Below are positions 37,222 to 46,584 of a stretch of 64,000 bases of DNA, one piece after another. The DNA is from Bacteriovoracia bacterium. Lineage in GTDB: Bacteria; Bdellovibrionota; UBA1018; CAIPTA01. A program made the translations under genes and the position numbers. The stretch spans positions 1,568,001 through 1,632,000 of the forward strand of contig JBFWVL010000001.1 in the NCBI GenBank assembly GCA_050246755.1. Direction: 5' to 3'. The notes beneath the pieces were generated by a model. That model worked only from the letters and a program-made list of their open reading frames with translations, was not told where the DNA came from and did no database searches. Numbering within the stretch: the stretch's first letter is position 1; every line of letters starts with the position of its first letter.

Positions 37222-38007
37222 ATGCTGAGAGCAATACATACGGCCGCAACGGGCATGGAAGCCATGCAGAATAACTTGGACAACGTGGCCAACAACTTGG
37301 CCAACGTAAATACCACCGGCTACAAAAAGAGCACGGCGGAGTTCCAGGACCTCTACTACCAAAATATCCGCGATCCCGGCACCCAGGTTACCGCCGACAC
37401 GAATACGCCCACCGGCGTGCAGATCGGAACGGGCGTGAAAACCGTGAGCGTGCACAAGGATTTTTCCCAAGGCTCGGCCAAACAAACCGGAAATAGCTGG
37501 GATCTTCTCGTAGACGGAGAAGGTTTCTTTTCGGTGCAAAAAGAAAACGGCGAGTTGATGTATACCCGCGACGGCAGTTTCAAGATCGACGGGACCGGAC
37601 GCGTAATGACCAGCGGGGGCTACCTGCTTCAGCCGGCGATTACGGTGCCCGCCAATGCCGCCACCGTTACGATTTCCCGCTCTGGGATCGTTACCGCCAT
37701 CGACAGCGAGGGCAAGCAATCGCAGATCGGGCAGCTCGAGCTCGTGAATTTCGTGAACGCCCAGGGCCTCAGGGCTGCGGGCGGAAATCTTTACCAAGTA
37801 AGCGAAAGCTCCGGCGCGCCGGTGCAGGGCACGCCCAGCAATAATGGGCTCGGTGGCATCGAGCAAGGAAAGCTCGAGAGCGCCAACGTGAACGTGGTGA
37901 GCGAGATGGTGAATATGATCCAGGCGCAGCGGGCCTACGAGATGAACTCGAAGGTGATGCAGGCGGCCGACCAAATGCTGCAGGTTTCGAACAATGTCAT
38001 TAAGTAG
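37222..38007 (+). CDS. flgG: Flagellar distal rod protein FlgG
   Basis: ANNLANVNTTGYKK; FQDLYYQ; EMVNMIQAQRAYEMNSK. Confidence 0.96.
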   Translation: MLRAIHTAATGMEAMQNNLDNVANNLANVNTTGYKKSTAEFQDLYYQNIRDPGTQVTADTNTPTGVQIGTGVKTVSVHKDFSQGSAKQTGNSWDLLVDGEGFFSVQKENGELMYTRDGSFKIDGTGRVMTSGGYLLQPAITVPANAATVTISRSGIVTAIDSEGKQSQIGQLELVNFVNAQGLRAAGGNLYQVSESSGAPVQGTPSNNGLGGIEQGKLESANVNVVSEMVNMIQAQRAYEMNSKVMQAADQMLQVSNNVIK

Positions 38008-38998
38008 CCGTAATTTCCTATTCCTGGCTTTCGTGTTTCTGATGCCGCTCGAGGTATGGGCGGCGATTCCCGTGCCCACGAAGGATATCGAAGTGCGCAT
38101 TGAATCCGCGGTGCCCGTCAGCAGCCAGCGGATCGTGCTCGGCGATGTGGCCACCATCTACGCCAAGAGCATGCGCGATTTCCGTGAGCTATCCGAGCTC
38201 GTGATCTCGCAAATCCCCGAGGATAAATCGGAGTTGCGGTTGCCGCAAAACTATCTCGAGCGTCGGATCAAGGAAGTTATTCCCGCGGGCACCGAGTTCG
38301 CGCTCCACGCCCCGAATGAAATTATTTTCCGTCTGCAGCGCATTGGGATCACGCCCGTGGATTTCGCGGCCGAAGTGGAGCGTCAGGCGAAGGTGGGCGG
38401 AAAGTTCCCCCAGGGAATCGAGACCGAGATCGAGGTTATTTCCGGCGCCGATCAATTGAAGTTATATAAGCCCGATGCCGTGCGCATCGAGCCGGCTGCC
38501 GAAATGGCGCAGTGGCGCGGCGAGCTCGCGTTCAAGGTGGTGGCTAAAGACAATTCCGCGCAGATCTCGTGGGTAAAAATTAAGTTGCGCTGGTTTGCCA
38601 ACGTATGGGTGGCCACCAAGACCATGGGCATCAACCAGTCCCTCGATGCCGCCGCTTTCACGCAGGAGCGCCGTGAGCTCACGGGCCTCCGCGAAGAAGC
38701 CTTCGTCGCCTCCGGACTCGAGGAGCTGAGCACTAAATTAAGTTCCGCGCGCGCGCGCCGGAGCATAGGCACGAATGCGGTGCTCACTTCCGCCATGGTG
38801 GAGCGCAAGCCCGACGCCGGTCCGGGGCAGATCTTGAAAGTAGTATTCGTTTCGGAAAGCGGGATCCGCGTTTCCACCGATGGCGCCCTCATCGGCGCCA
38901 GCTCCATCGGGAGCGAAGCGCGTGCCAAGCTGAGGTCTTCTAGAAAAATTGTCACCGGCAAGCTCGTTTCGGGCGGCGTGATGGAGGTTAGCCTATGA
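37994..38998 (+). CDS. flgA: Flagellar P-ring chaperone FlgA
   Basis: Position between flgG and flgH; signal peptide; SAF-like C-terminus. Confidence 0.75.
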   Translation: MSLSSRNFLFLAFVFLMPLEVWAAIPVPTKDIEVRIESAVPVSSQRIVLGDVATIYAKSMRDFRELSELVISQIPEDKSELRLPQNYLERRIKEVIPAGTEFALHAPNEIIFRLQRIGITPVDFAAEVERQAKVGGKFPQGIETEIEVISGADQLKLYKPDAVRIEPAAEMAQWRGELAFKVVAKDNSAQISWVKIKLRWFANVWVATKTMGINQSLDAAAFTQERRELTGLREEAFVASGLEELSTKLSSARARRSIGTNAVLTSAMVERKPDAGPGQILKVVFVSESGIRVSTDGALIGASSIGSEARAKLRSSRKIVTGKLVSGGVMEVSL

Positions 38999-39849
38999 AG
39001 TTTGCTCTTTCGATGATGTTGGGTTTGTGGGCCCTGTATTCTTTTTCCGGCTGCGCGATGATCGATTCGCTGCGCGATGAAAGCGCCACCATCGATGCCG
39101 AAGCCGGTACCGATCATGATCGCGAAGGAAATACTTCCGACATAGAGCGCCCTGTGCAAAGGCAGCGCGGGCTGAACGGCCTGAGCGCCAATAATGTTCC
39201 CAGCTACGAGCCCTCCGTGGCGCGCGGCTATGGGCGCCGGCTCTCGAGCCTCGCCAACGACGACGCTCCCGCCGCCATCAGTTCCGCGCAGCAGGAATTC
39301 CGCCGTGCGACCCGCGAGGATTTCATCGATAAGCAGGCCCACGAAAACAGCCTTTGGGACGGACAGGGCCAAGGCAACTACCTCTTTTCCAATAACCGTA
39401 AGCGCGAAGTGGGCGATCTCATGACCGGCGAAGTGGAAAAGGATCTCAAGCGCGAGATCCAATACCAGCTCTGGATGACGCTCCCGCCGGAACAGCGCAA
39501 GACCAAGCGCGCTCCGGCTAGCGTGGCGGGTGCGGCCACCGATCCGGCCGCGAAGGCCGCCGCGGCCGCCGAAGCCGGAAAATCCGCCGAGGAAAAGGGC
39601 AAGGACGCTGCCGCCGAAGCCGCGAAAACCAATATGGCCGATACCAAGGACGACGACGTGGTTCGCATGGAAGTGGTGGAGAGCCTCGGCAACGGGCTCG
39701 TGCGCGTGGTGGGCCAGAAGCGCGTGATCTACCGCGGAGTGTCCCGCGTGGTGGAAGTGATGGCGCTCGTGAACAACAAAGACGTCGACGACAATAACCG
39801 CGTGAAGAGTTCTAACTTCCTCGACATGAAGACCCAGGTGATCCAATGA
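38995..39849 (+). CDS. flgH: Flagellar L-ring protein FlgH (divergent)
   Basis: Lipobox FSGC; SLW, VGD, V.E.LGNG...V.G.K and D.D.NN.V.S motifs. Confidence 0.8.
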   Translation: MKFALSMMLGLWALYSFSGCAMIDSLRDESATIDAEAGTDHDREGNTSDIERPVQRQRGLNGLSANNVPSYEPSVARGYGRRLSSLANDDAPAAISSAQQEFRRATREDFIDKQAHENSLWDGQGQGNYLFSNNRKREVGDLMTGEVEKDLKREIQYQLWMTLPPEQRKTKRAPASVAGAATDPAAKAAAAAEAGKSAEEKGKDAAAEAAKTNMADTKDDDVVRMEVVESLGNGLVRVVGQKRVIYRGVSRVVEVMALVNNKDVDDNNRVKSSNFLDMKTQVIQ

Positions 39850-40853
39850 AAAATTTAATTGCCCTCGCTCTCGCCCTCGCCTTTCTTCCGCAGCCGGCCG
39901 ACGCCGCGCGCCTGAAGGATATCGTGCGCATCAAGGGCGTGCGCGAAAACCTTCTCATCGGGTACGGACTCGTGGTGGGCCTCAAGGGCACCGGGGATTC
40001 CAGCGCCGAAGTAACGGGCAAAGCCTTGCTGCGCATGTTCAGTAAGATGGGAATGAATATCGAAACGGAAGTGAAATCCAAGAACGTGGCTTCCGTGGTG
40101 GTGACCGCAAAGATTCCCGCGTTCTCGAGAGCTGGGCAGAAGCTCGACGTTACCGTATCCAGCGTGGGCGATGCGGGCAGCCTTGAAGGCGGCACGCTCC
40201 TGATCTCGCCGCTGCGAGCGGGCGACCAGCAGGTATACGCCGTGGCGCAGGGACCGGTGAGCCTGGGTTCGGCGACGGACGGCAGCGGAAAGTTCGCTAC
40301 GAACGGACGCGTGCCCATGGGCGCGATCGTGGAGAAGGAATTGGCGGGCGATTTCGCCAATAAGAAGGCGCTCCGTCTGAATTTAGACGAACCCGACTTT
40401 ACAACCGTGGCCCGCGTCAGCCGCGTGATCAATACGGAGCTCGGCGGCAAATACGCAACCTCCGTGGACCAGAACACCGTGGACCTGATCGTTCCATTTT
40501 CTTACGACGGGAACGCCGTCGAATTAATGGCGGTGCTGGAAAATTTGACGGTGAATACCGACACGCGCGCACGCGTGGTGATTAACGAGCGTACCGGAAC
40601 CGTGGTAACCGGCGGTAAAGTACGCATCAAAAACGTGGCTCTGTCGCATGGCGACTTATCCATTCAAGTGGCCGGCGCCAAGAATGCGAAGAAGGGGGAG
40701 GGGAAGAAAGTGATGGAAATTCCAAGCACTACGAACGTCTCCGAGCTCGCCACGATGCTTAATGAAATGGGGGTGGGGCCCAAAGACCTCACCGCAATTT
40801 TTCAGTCGCTCAAGGCGGCCGGTGCTCTCGAGGGTGATTTAGAAATACTCTGA
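39846..40853 (+). CDS. flgI: Flagellar P-ring protein FlgI
   Basis: RLKDI...GVREN.L.GYGLVVGL.GTGD; SLEGGTLL; LKAAGAL. Confidence 0.96.
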   Translation: MKNLIALALALAFLPQPADAARLKDIVRIKGVRENLLIGYGLVVGLKGTGDSSAEVTGKALLRMFSKMGMNIETEVKSKNVASVVVTAKIPAFSRAGQKLDVTVSSVGDAGSLEGGTLLISPLRAGDQQVYAVAQGPVSLGSATDGSGKFATNGRVPMGAIVEKELAGDFANKKALRLNLDEPDFTTVARVSRVINTELGGKYATSVDQNTVDLIVPFSYDGNAVELMAVLENLTVNTDTRARVVINERTGTVVTGGKVRIKNVALSHGDLSIQVAGAKNAKKGEGKKVMEIPSTTNVSELATMLNEMGVGPKDLTAIFQSLKAAGALEGDLEIL

Positions 40854-40868
40854 GGCAATTTGCCGGCT

Positions 40869-40884
40869 TGGCAAGGAGCGTGCA
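40869..40884 (+). promoter_or_regulatory. sigma54 promoter upstream of the candidate sRNA
   Basis: TGGCAA-GGAGC-GTGCA with GG-N10-GC spacing; predicted +1 at about 40895-40896, where the closing stem begins. Confidence 0.65.
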
Positions 40885-40895
40885 TTAGGTTCAGC

Positions 40896-41070
40896 AGGTG
40901 CACGATTCTAGGATGGAATCATGTGGAACTCACGCAGGAAACAGGAAAAAGCTTCGTTTGCCATGGATGGCGTTCAAGAATTTCTAGTTTTGAGTTTCCG
41001 ATCGCAAGGATGCGAACTGCACCTCGGAGCAGGGAGACCCCGGAAGAATGGGTCTCCCCGCTTCTTTATT
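40896..41070 (+). ncRNA. Candidate CsrA/RsmA-sequestering small RNA (CsrB/RsmZ-like architecture)
   Basis: Ten GGA trinucleotides in about 170 nt; GGA-loop hairpins at 40904-40920, 40960-40971 and 41002-41015; 5'/3' closing stem AGGTGCA/TGCACCT; terminator hairpin at 41032-41058 with a T-rich tail. Confidence 0.7.
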
Positions 41071-41086
41071 TTAGAAGGGATTGCGC

Positions 41087-41446
41087 ATGAAAATCGATAG
41101 CCCGCGCCTCCCGGCTCCACCTCAACCCGTTGATCCCGAATCTCTCAGTAAAGATCATCCGCTCTGGCAAGCCGCGCAGGGAATGGAAGCGAACTTTATG
41201 AAAGAGATGGTACGCAATATGCGTAAGACCGTGCAGGAAAGCCCGGAGATGGAAAATAGCCGGGGGTATCAGATTTTTCGCGGCATGCTCGACGACCAGT
41301 ACGCCGAGACCGCGGTGAAAACTCAGGGCATCGGATTGGCCGAGCTTATCGTGCGCCAGGTATTGGAGATGCAAGAGAATGCCCGGGCTGCCAGCGCTCC
41401 GGTTCCGGTGAGAGAAGTAAATAAAAGTGATGTTCTCAAGAAATAA
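41087..41446 (+). CDS. flgJ: Single-domain rod-binding protein FlgJ
   Basis: L..AA..MEA.F...M...MRKTV; FRGMLDDQYA; GIGLAELIV.Q; no muramidase domain. Confidence 0.88.
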   Translation: MKIDSPRLPAPPQPVDPESLSKDHPLWQAAQGMEANFMKEMVRNMRKTVQESPEMENSRGYQIFRGMLDDQYAETAVKTQGIGLAELIVRQVLEMQENARAASAPVPVREVNKSDVLKK

Positions 41447-41537
41447 AGATTCAAGGCATTTTGGCAGGACGTGTTAAGATTGAGTTATGAGGTAAACTCT
41501 CGGTAAGCGAGGGTACAAGGTTCAGGAAGGACAACTC

Positions 41538-41864
41538 ATGAAGGTAAATAATCATAAAGATTCCGTAGAGCTCTCGCAGCTCTCTCGTTCCAAAAAAGGC
41601 GAAAAAGCCGGAGCAGCGAAGGCCCAAGAAGGCGGCGCCGATTCTCTCGCGAGCGCAATCGCTCCTGGATCCACGGCTAACGTGGAAATTTCCAGCGAAG
41701 CGAAAACGCTTTCCGCCGCGAACCAAGCCGCCCGCGCCGGCGGCGTAGACCAGGAAAAAATTGATCGCATCAAAGCAGCGATCAACGGTGGAACCTACAA
41801 GCCCGACTTCGGGAAAGTTGCAGATAAAATGATTAACGAGACCGTGCTCCAGGATCTCTCGTAA
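41538..41864 (+). CDS. flgM: Anti-sigma28 factor FlgM
   Basis: VEIS...; EKIDRIK.AI..GTY..D...VADKM. Confidence 0.9.
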   Translation: MKVNNHKDSVELSQLSRSKKGEKAGAAKAQEGGADSLASAIAPGSTANVEISSEAKTLSAANQAARAGGVDQEKIDRIKAAINGGTYKPDFGKVADKMINETVLQDLS

Positions 41865-41910
41865 CCGAGAGTTTTTCCGGGGCTCTCGTCATGGATGATG
41901 AGGGACGACC

Positions 41911-42432
41911 ATGGATGGCCTAGCTCCAGATCTAGAGGAACTTACTAAGAACCTCAAGCACCAGCTCACGCTGTACCGCCAGCTCGTGGATTTGCTGCGC
42001 AGCGAGCGCGAGCATATCGTGGCCGTTCGCCTAAAAGAGATTCGCGAATCCACTTATTCCAAAGAAGCCCTGCTCGATGAAGTGCACCGCGAAGAGTTTC
42101 GCCGCATGCGCTGGGTGAAGCAGGCGTCCACCTTTCTCGGCCTTTCCGAAAAAGAAATCACCATGGAGATGGTGGCTTCGAAAATCGGCGGCCCCGAGCA
42201 GTACGAGTCGATGTTCAGCCTGAAGCAAGCCCTTCTGCACATGGTGAAGAAGGCGCGCGACATGAATCACGACAATCAGCAGCTCGTGACCACCGCTCTC
42301 AAGGACGCGCAGCTCCTGAAGCGCAATATTTTGGGCCTCTCTTCGGACCAGCCGCAAGTCTATGGTCCCAAGGGCAGCATCGGATCGGCCGTGCGCGATC
42401 AAAGCGCCCGTTTCGTGAATAAGGAACTCTAG
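41911..42432 (+). CDS. flgN: Flagellar chaperone FlgN
   Basis: Helical protein between flgM and flgK; N..N..L and Y...G pattern. Confidence 0.82.
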   Translation: MDGLAPDLEELTKNLKHQLTLYRQLVDLLRSEREHIVAVRLKEIRESTYSKEALLDEVHREEFRRMRWVKQASTFLGLSEKEITMEMVASKIGGPEQYESMFSLKQALLHMVKKARDMNHDNQQLVTTALKDAQLLKRNILGLSSDQPQVYGPKGSIGSAVRDQSARFVNKEL

Positions 42433-43857
42433 ATGGGCAGTACCGTAAACATGTTCAATATTGGGAAGAGTGGCCTCATGGTCACCAAGCAGGCGTTGAC
42501 CACGACCTCCCATAATATCGCGAACGTGAATACGGAAGGCTACTCGCGACAAAACGTGGAACAAGGCTCTGCCCCTCCCACCACGAATGGGCGCCTTACG
42601 ATCGGCCAAGGAGCCTTCGCTAAAAAAGTTACCCGCGTCAGCGACGAGTACCTCGAGAAACGCATCCAGAGCGAACATAAGAACTTTGCCAATATGGAGG
42701 AAAAAGACGTTTACCTCCAGCAAACCGAGCAGATCTTCAATGAGTCGAATAACGATGGCTTGAATCGCCTCGCCACCCGCTTCTTCAACGAGTTCCGCCA
42801 GCTTTCCACGGATCCTTCCAATCCTGCGATCCGCGCGGCTGTGCGTGAGTCCAGTAGCCAGCTCTCTTCCGACATCAACCGCATGGACCGGGAGCTAAAA
42901 GAAGTTTCCCACAATATCGACGCTCGCCTTGAAGGCTACGTGCGCGAAGTGAACTCGCTGGCCCGCGAAGTGCGCGACCTCAATCTCTTGATCCAGAAGT
43001 CCGAGCTCGGCGGCGGCGAAGCTCCCGATCTTCACGACAAGCAAGATCTCGCGCTGAAAAAACTCGGCGCCCTCGCAGATATTTCTACCAGCAAAGACAA
43101 TAATGGGCGCGTGACGGTTACGCTCGCCGGCCAAGTGGCGATCGTGGCGGGCGAGATGGTGAAGGAGCTCGAAACGAGCCGCACGCCCGCGGATCCCGCC
43201 AGCGGCAAGCCCGAGGGCGCCATGGACATTTTCATCAGCGATCCGGTGCCCGCGAAAATGACCGGCTTTCTCAAGACCGGCCGCCTGGGAGGATTGCTCG
43301 AGGTGCGCGATAAGGATATCGGCGCCGCCCAGGACCGCATCAATACCATCGCCTTTACCATGGCGAACGAAGTGAACAATTTGCACCGTCAGGGCTTCGG
43401 CCTCGATGGCGCCGGTAACCGAAACTTCTTTGCGCAGCCGCTCAATAAAGAATCCGCGGCCGCCACGCTCAAAATCAGTGCCGATATCGCCGACAATCTC
43501 GACGCCATCGCCGCCGCCAAGGATCCTGCCGGGCAGAGCGACAACCGCATGGCAGTGGCCCTCTCCGGGCTGGGCGATCTCAAGGGCGTGATGGGCGATC
43601 AGAATTCGTCGATTCTCGATTCCTATAACTCGATGGTGTCGGAACTCGCGGTAAAGACCGGAGCCACGAAGCGTGGCCTCGTCTTCCAGAAAGACGTCCT
43701 CTCCCAGCTCGAGAACGTGCGTGAGTCTCTGGTGGGAGTGAACCTCGATGAGGAAACTGCGAACCTAATTAGGTTCCAGCACGCGTATGCGGCGAGCGCG
43801 AAGGTGATGTCGGTGGCCGACGAAACGCTGCAAAGCGTTTTGAATATGTTTAAGTAA
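42433..43857 (+). CDS. flgK: Hook-associated protein FlgK
   Basis: SHNIANVNTEGYSRQ; GVNLDEE.ANL..FQHAY.ASAK. Confidence 0.95.
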   Translation: MGSTVNMFNIGKSGLMVTKQALTTTSHNIANVNTEGYSRQNVEQGSAPPTTNGRLTIGQGAFAKKVTRVSDEYLEKRIQSEHKNFANMEEKDVYLQQTEQIFNESNNDGLNRLATRFFNEFRQLSTDPSNPAIRAAVRESSSQLSSDINRMDRELKEVSHNIDARLEGYVREVNSLAREVRDLNLLIQKSELGGGEAPDLHDKQDLALKKLGALADISTSKDNNGRVTVTLAGQVAIVAGEMVKELETSRTPADPASGKPEGAMDIFISDPVPAKMTGFLKTGRLGGLLEVRDKDIGAAQDRINTIAFTMANEVNNLHRQGFGLDGAGNRNFFAQPLNKESAAATLKISADIADNLDAIAAAKDPAGQSDNRMAVALSGLGDLKGVMGDQNSSILDSYNSMVSELAVKTGATKRGLVFQKDVLSQLENVRESLVGVNLDEETANLIRFQHAYAASAKVMSVADETLQSVLNMFK

Positions 43858-43873
43858 ACGGGGGCTCTGAGCG

Positions 43874-44857
43874 ATGAGAGTGGGCGAAAACACAACTTTG
43901 AACACCGTGCGGGATAGCCTGAACCGCTCGCGCTTGCGCATGAATGATTTGCAAAAAGAGAACTCCACGCTCAAGCGCGTGAATGCTCCTCACGACGATC
44001 CCGTGGGCAACGCGAAATTAATGTCGATCCGCAATGAGCAGCTCGATAATACCGAGTTCGAGCGCAATGCCAACCTCGCCAAAACTTTTCTTAATTATAC
44101 CGACTCCTCCCTTGAGGAAGTGACCAACCTGCTCGTGCGCGCCAAAGAGCTCGCGCTGGGGCAGGCCAGCTCCGCGGCGAATGGCGCTGAATCGCGCGCG
44201 ATGGTGGCCGAAGAGATCAAAAATATTCAGGCGGAAATCAGCTCGATCGCTAACCGCCGCCTCGGCGACCGCTTTATCTTTTCGGGCTATCGCACCGCCA
44301 CCACCCCTTTCGACGAAAGCGGCAACTACGCCGGCGACGACGGAAAGATCATGGTGGAAGTGCAAAAGGATGTATTCGTGGGAATGAACGTGCCCGGCCG
44401 CGAGATTTTCCTCGGCGCCGCTAAGGCTCCCGCGAGCCGTGATCCGGCCAGCATGGAGCTCCAGGCTGAACAGACCACCCAGGGGCCAGAAATGGCTACT
44501 AAGCAGAAAGCCGAGCGCCCGAACGAAGATATTTTTCGTACTTTAGACGCCCTCCGCGTGGGCCTGATGACGAACGATGTGGACGGCATCCGTGCCACTC
44601 TCGAGCCTCTTGATCAGGTACGTGACCGCGTGATCACCACCCGGGCCCAAGTGGGCGCCCGGATGTCCGGAATCGATTCTGCCCTCTCAAATATGGGCAA
44701 ACGTGGCGTATTCAACGCGGAGCTTCAGTCGAATATCGAAGACGCCGACATCATCCAAGTAGTGTCTGATATGGCACGAGAAGAGAGCGTTTTGCGGGCC
44801 AGCCTGCAGGCCTCTAATAAGCTCATCCAGCCCACGCTCTTAGACTTTTTGCGCTAG
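43874..44857 (+). CDS. flgL: Hook-associated protein FlgL
   Basis: DDP; RFIFSGY.T.T.PF; ends TLLDFLR. Confidence 0.92.
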   Translation: MRVGENTTLNTVRDSLNRSRLRMNDLQKENSTLKRVNAPHDDPVGNAKLMSIRNEQLDNTEFERNANLAKTFLNYTDSSLEEVTNLLVRAKELALGQASSAANGAESRAMVAEEIKNIQAEISSIANRRLGDRFIFSGYRTATTPFDESGNYAGDDGKIMVEVQKDVFVGMNVPGREIFLGAAKAPASRDPASMELQAEQTTQGPEMATKQKAERPNEDIFRTLDALRVGLMTNDVDGIRATLEPLDQVRDRVITTRAQVGARMSGIDSALSNMGKRGVFNAELQSNIEDADIIQVVSDMAREESVLRASLQASNKLIQPTLLDFLR

Positions 44858-44943
44858 GGCCATTGCTACAACCTCTGAAATCGGTTATTCACACCCTCAC
44901 TTAGGGACAGAGTCCCTCATAGGGATATGAGAGGTTTTGCAGT

Positions 44944-45204
44944 ATGCTAGTTTTGACCAGGAAACTCGGCGAATCTATCGCCATCGACGATCACATCAAA
45001 ATCATGGTCGTTCAGATCAAGGGTAAGCAAGTCCGTTTGGGCATTCAGGCTCCCAAAGAGACTAAAATTCACCGCCAAGAAGTCTACGAAGCTATTCAGA
45101 CGTCTAATAAAGAAGCTGCGGCTTCCTCCCCCAAATCCGTGAGCCAAGTAGCCGAAATGATGAAACGTGGCGGCTCCTCCGAAAACGACGGAAAAAATTC
45201 CTAA
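44944..45204 (+). CDS. csrA: Carbon storage regulator CsrA (FliW-binding type)
   Basis: MLVLTRK.GESI.I; VRLGI.AP; HR44.EVY; Asn55 and a C-terminal extension. Confidence 0.96.
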   Translation: MLVLTRKLGESIAIDDHIKIMVVQIKGKQVRLGIQAPKETKIHRQEVYEAIQTSNKEAAASSPKSVSQVAEMMKRGGSSENDGKNS

Positions 45205-45275
45205 GTTATTGTGCAATCTGCCACGGCAGGCTTACAATAAATAAGGTGACCCGCTGTGGAGCGTTGGGGGAATAA

Positions 45276-45827
45276 ATGAAAGTAAATACAAGCCGTTTTG
45301 GTGCCGTTGAAGTTGCTGATTCCGACATTATGGAATTTGCCGATGGCTTGCTCGGATTCGAGCAGTTGCAACGATTCTTCATCGTAGATCCCGCGGATGA
45401 AACTCTCATCCTATGGCTGCAGTCGATGGATTCGCCCGATGTGGCGTTCCCGATTCTCGAGCCGAGGCTCTTCAAGGCTGACTACAAAGTGCGGCTCTCG
45501 GCGAATGAGCTGCGCTCCCTGAAAATCGATTCCACCAAGAATAAAGACACCCTGGTGTACTGCATTCTCACCATTCCTGCCGATGTGATCTCGATGAGCG
45601 CGAACCTTAAGGCGCCGATCGTGATCAATACCGGAAGCCGCATGGCCCGCCAAGTGGTTCTGCAGGAGAATGAATACTCGGTGAAATTCCCGATCTACAA
45701 AGAGCTCCTTGCGGTGATGATGTCGGCTGGCGGCTCGGTGGCGAAAAAAGAGAAAACGCAAGACCTGCCGGTTTCGGCGCTCTCGCTGCGGGATACTTCT
45801 TCCCAAGTGGAAGTTTCGGCTCTTTAA
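45276..45827 (+). CDS. fliW: Flagellar assembly factor FliW
   Basis: T.RFG; F..GLLGFE; WLQS; ANLKAPIVIN; QVVL. Confidence 0.95.
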   Translation: MKVNTSRFGAVEVADSDIMEFADGLLGFEQLQRFFIVDPADETLILWLQSMDSPDVAFPILEPRLFKADYKVRLSANELRSLKIDSTKNKDTLVYCILTIPADVISMSANLKAPIVINTGSRMARQVVLQENEYSVKFPIYKELLAVMMSAGGSVAKKEKTQDLPVSALSLRDTSSQVEVSAL

Positions 45828-45849
45828 GGGAAGTCTGCTGAATCCAAAG

Positions 45850-45877
45850 AGGGGATGGCGAAAGCCGTCCCTTTTTT
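45850..45877 (+). terminator. Intrinsic terminator after fliW
   Basis: gggatggc-gaaa-gccgtccc followed by tttttt. Confidence 0.8.
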
Positions 45878-45879
45878 AT

Positions 45880-46584
45880 TTAGAGCGAGCTCTCGGTGGA
45901 TTGCCGGGTCATGTCCAAATACATCTTCACTTGGCGATTGGCGGGGTCTTTCATCTGCGCCTCCTGCAATTCGATCTGCGCATCCACCACATTGCCGAGC
46001 GCATGATAGAGCAGGGCGAGATGCACGCGCGCGTTCACGTGGTCGGGATTTTCGCGCACGAGATTTTCCAATTCTTGCTGAGCGAGCTTCATTTGCCCGC
46101 GCTGTCCGTGAGTTTTCGCCAACAGAATGCGGGCCTCGATATTCTCGGGGTCTACGCGGCCGGCTTTGAGGAATTCGTTGGCGGCTTCATCGAAGCGCTG
46201 GAGCTTACGGTAGAGGTTGCCGAGCTCGAGGTGTTTGGCGGAGATTTCTTTGCCGAGCATGATGCTCGGGGTGGGGCCGCCTGATTTGCGGTGCGCGCTT
46301 TTTTCCGCCTGCGCGAAAACCTGTGCGCCTTCTTGGTAGTGGCCGGTATCATTGTAGATCACGGAGAGGCTGATCGCGGCATCGGTGAAGTGGGGGTCGA
46401 GCTGGAGCGCGCGTTTGAAGCGGTCCACGGCTTCGCCAAGGCGATTTTCCCGGTGAAAAATCGTGCCGAGCACGTACTGGGTTTCAGCGGTGGCCGCGCC
46501 GGCAGAATCAATATCCAGCAGGAGATCCTTGGCGGCTTCCGAATGGCCTTGCGCAAGGAGGCGTTTGGCGTCGTCTAAATTCAT
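45880..46584 (-). CDS. Tetratricopeptide repeat protein
   Basis: Multiple TPR consensus repeats; translationally coupled to bamD. Confidence 0.85.
   Translation of the reverse strand: MNLDDAKRLLAQGHSEAAKDLLLDIDSAGAATAETQYVLGTIFHRENRLGEAVDRFKRALQLDPHFTDAAISLSVIYNDTGHYQEGAQVFAQAEKSAHRKSGGPTPSIMLGKEISAKHLELGNLYRKLQRFDEAANEFLKAGRVDPENIEARILLAKTHGQRGQMKLAQQELENLVRENPDHVNARVHLALLYHALGNVVDAQIELQEAQMKDPANRQVKMYLDMTRQSTESSL

Noticed and set aside
37189-40477. Long antisense ORFs (322, 464 and 221 aa) opposite flgG, flgA, flgH and flgI
   Set aside because: Shadow frames caused by GC-rich codon bias of the real genes; the same applies to similar ORFs opposite the peptidase, mrcA, spt and adhesin genes
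40860-41090. 76-aa ORF spanning the flgI-flgJ gap
   Set aside because: TTG start with no RBS, no recognisable motif, and the region is better explained by promoter, structured RNA and terminator
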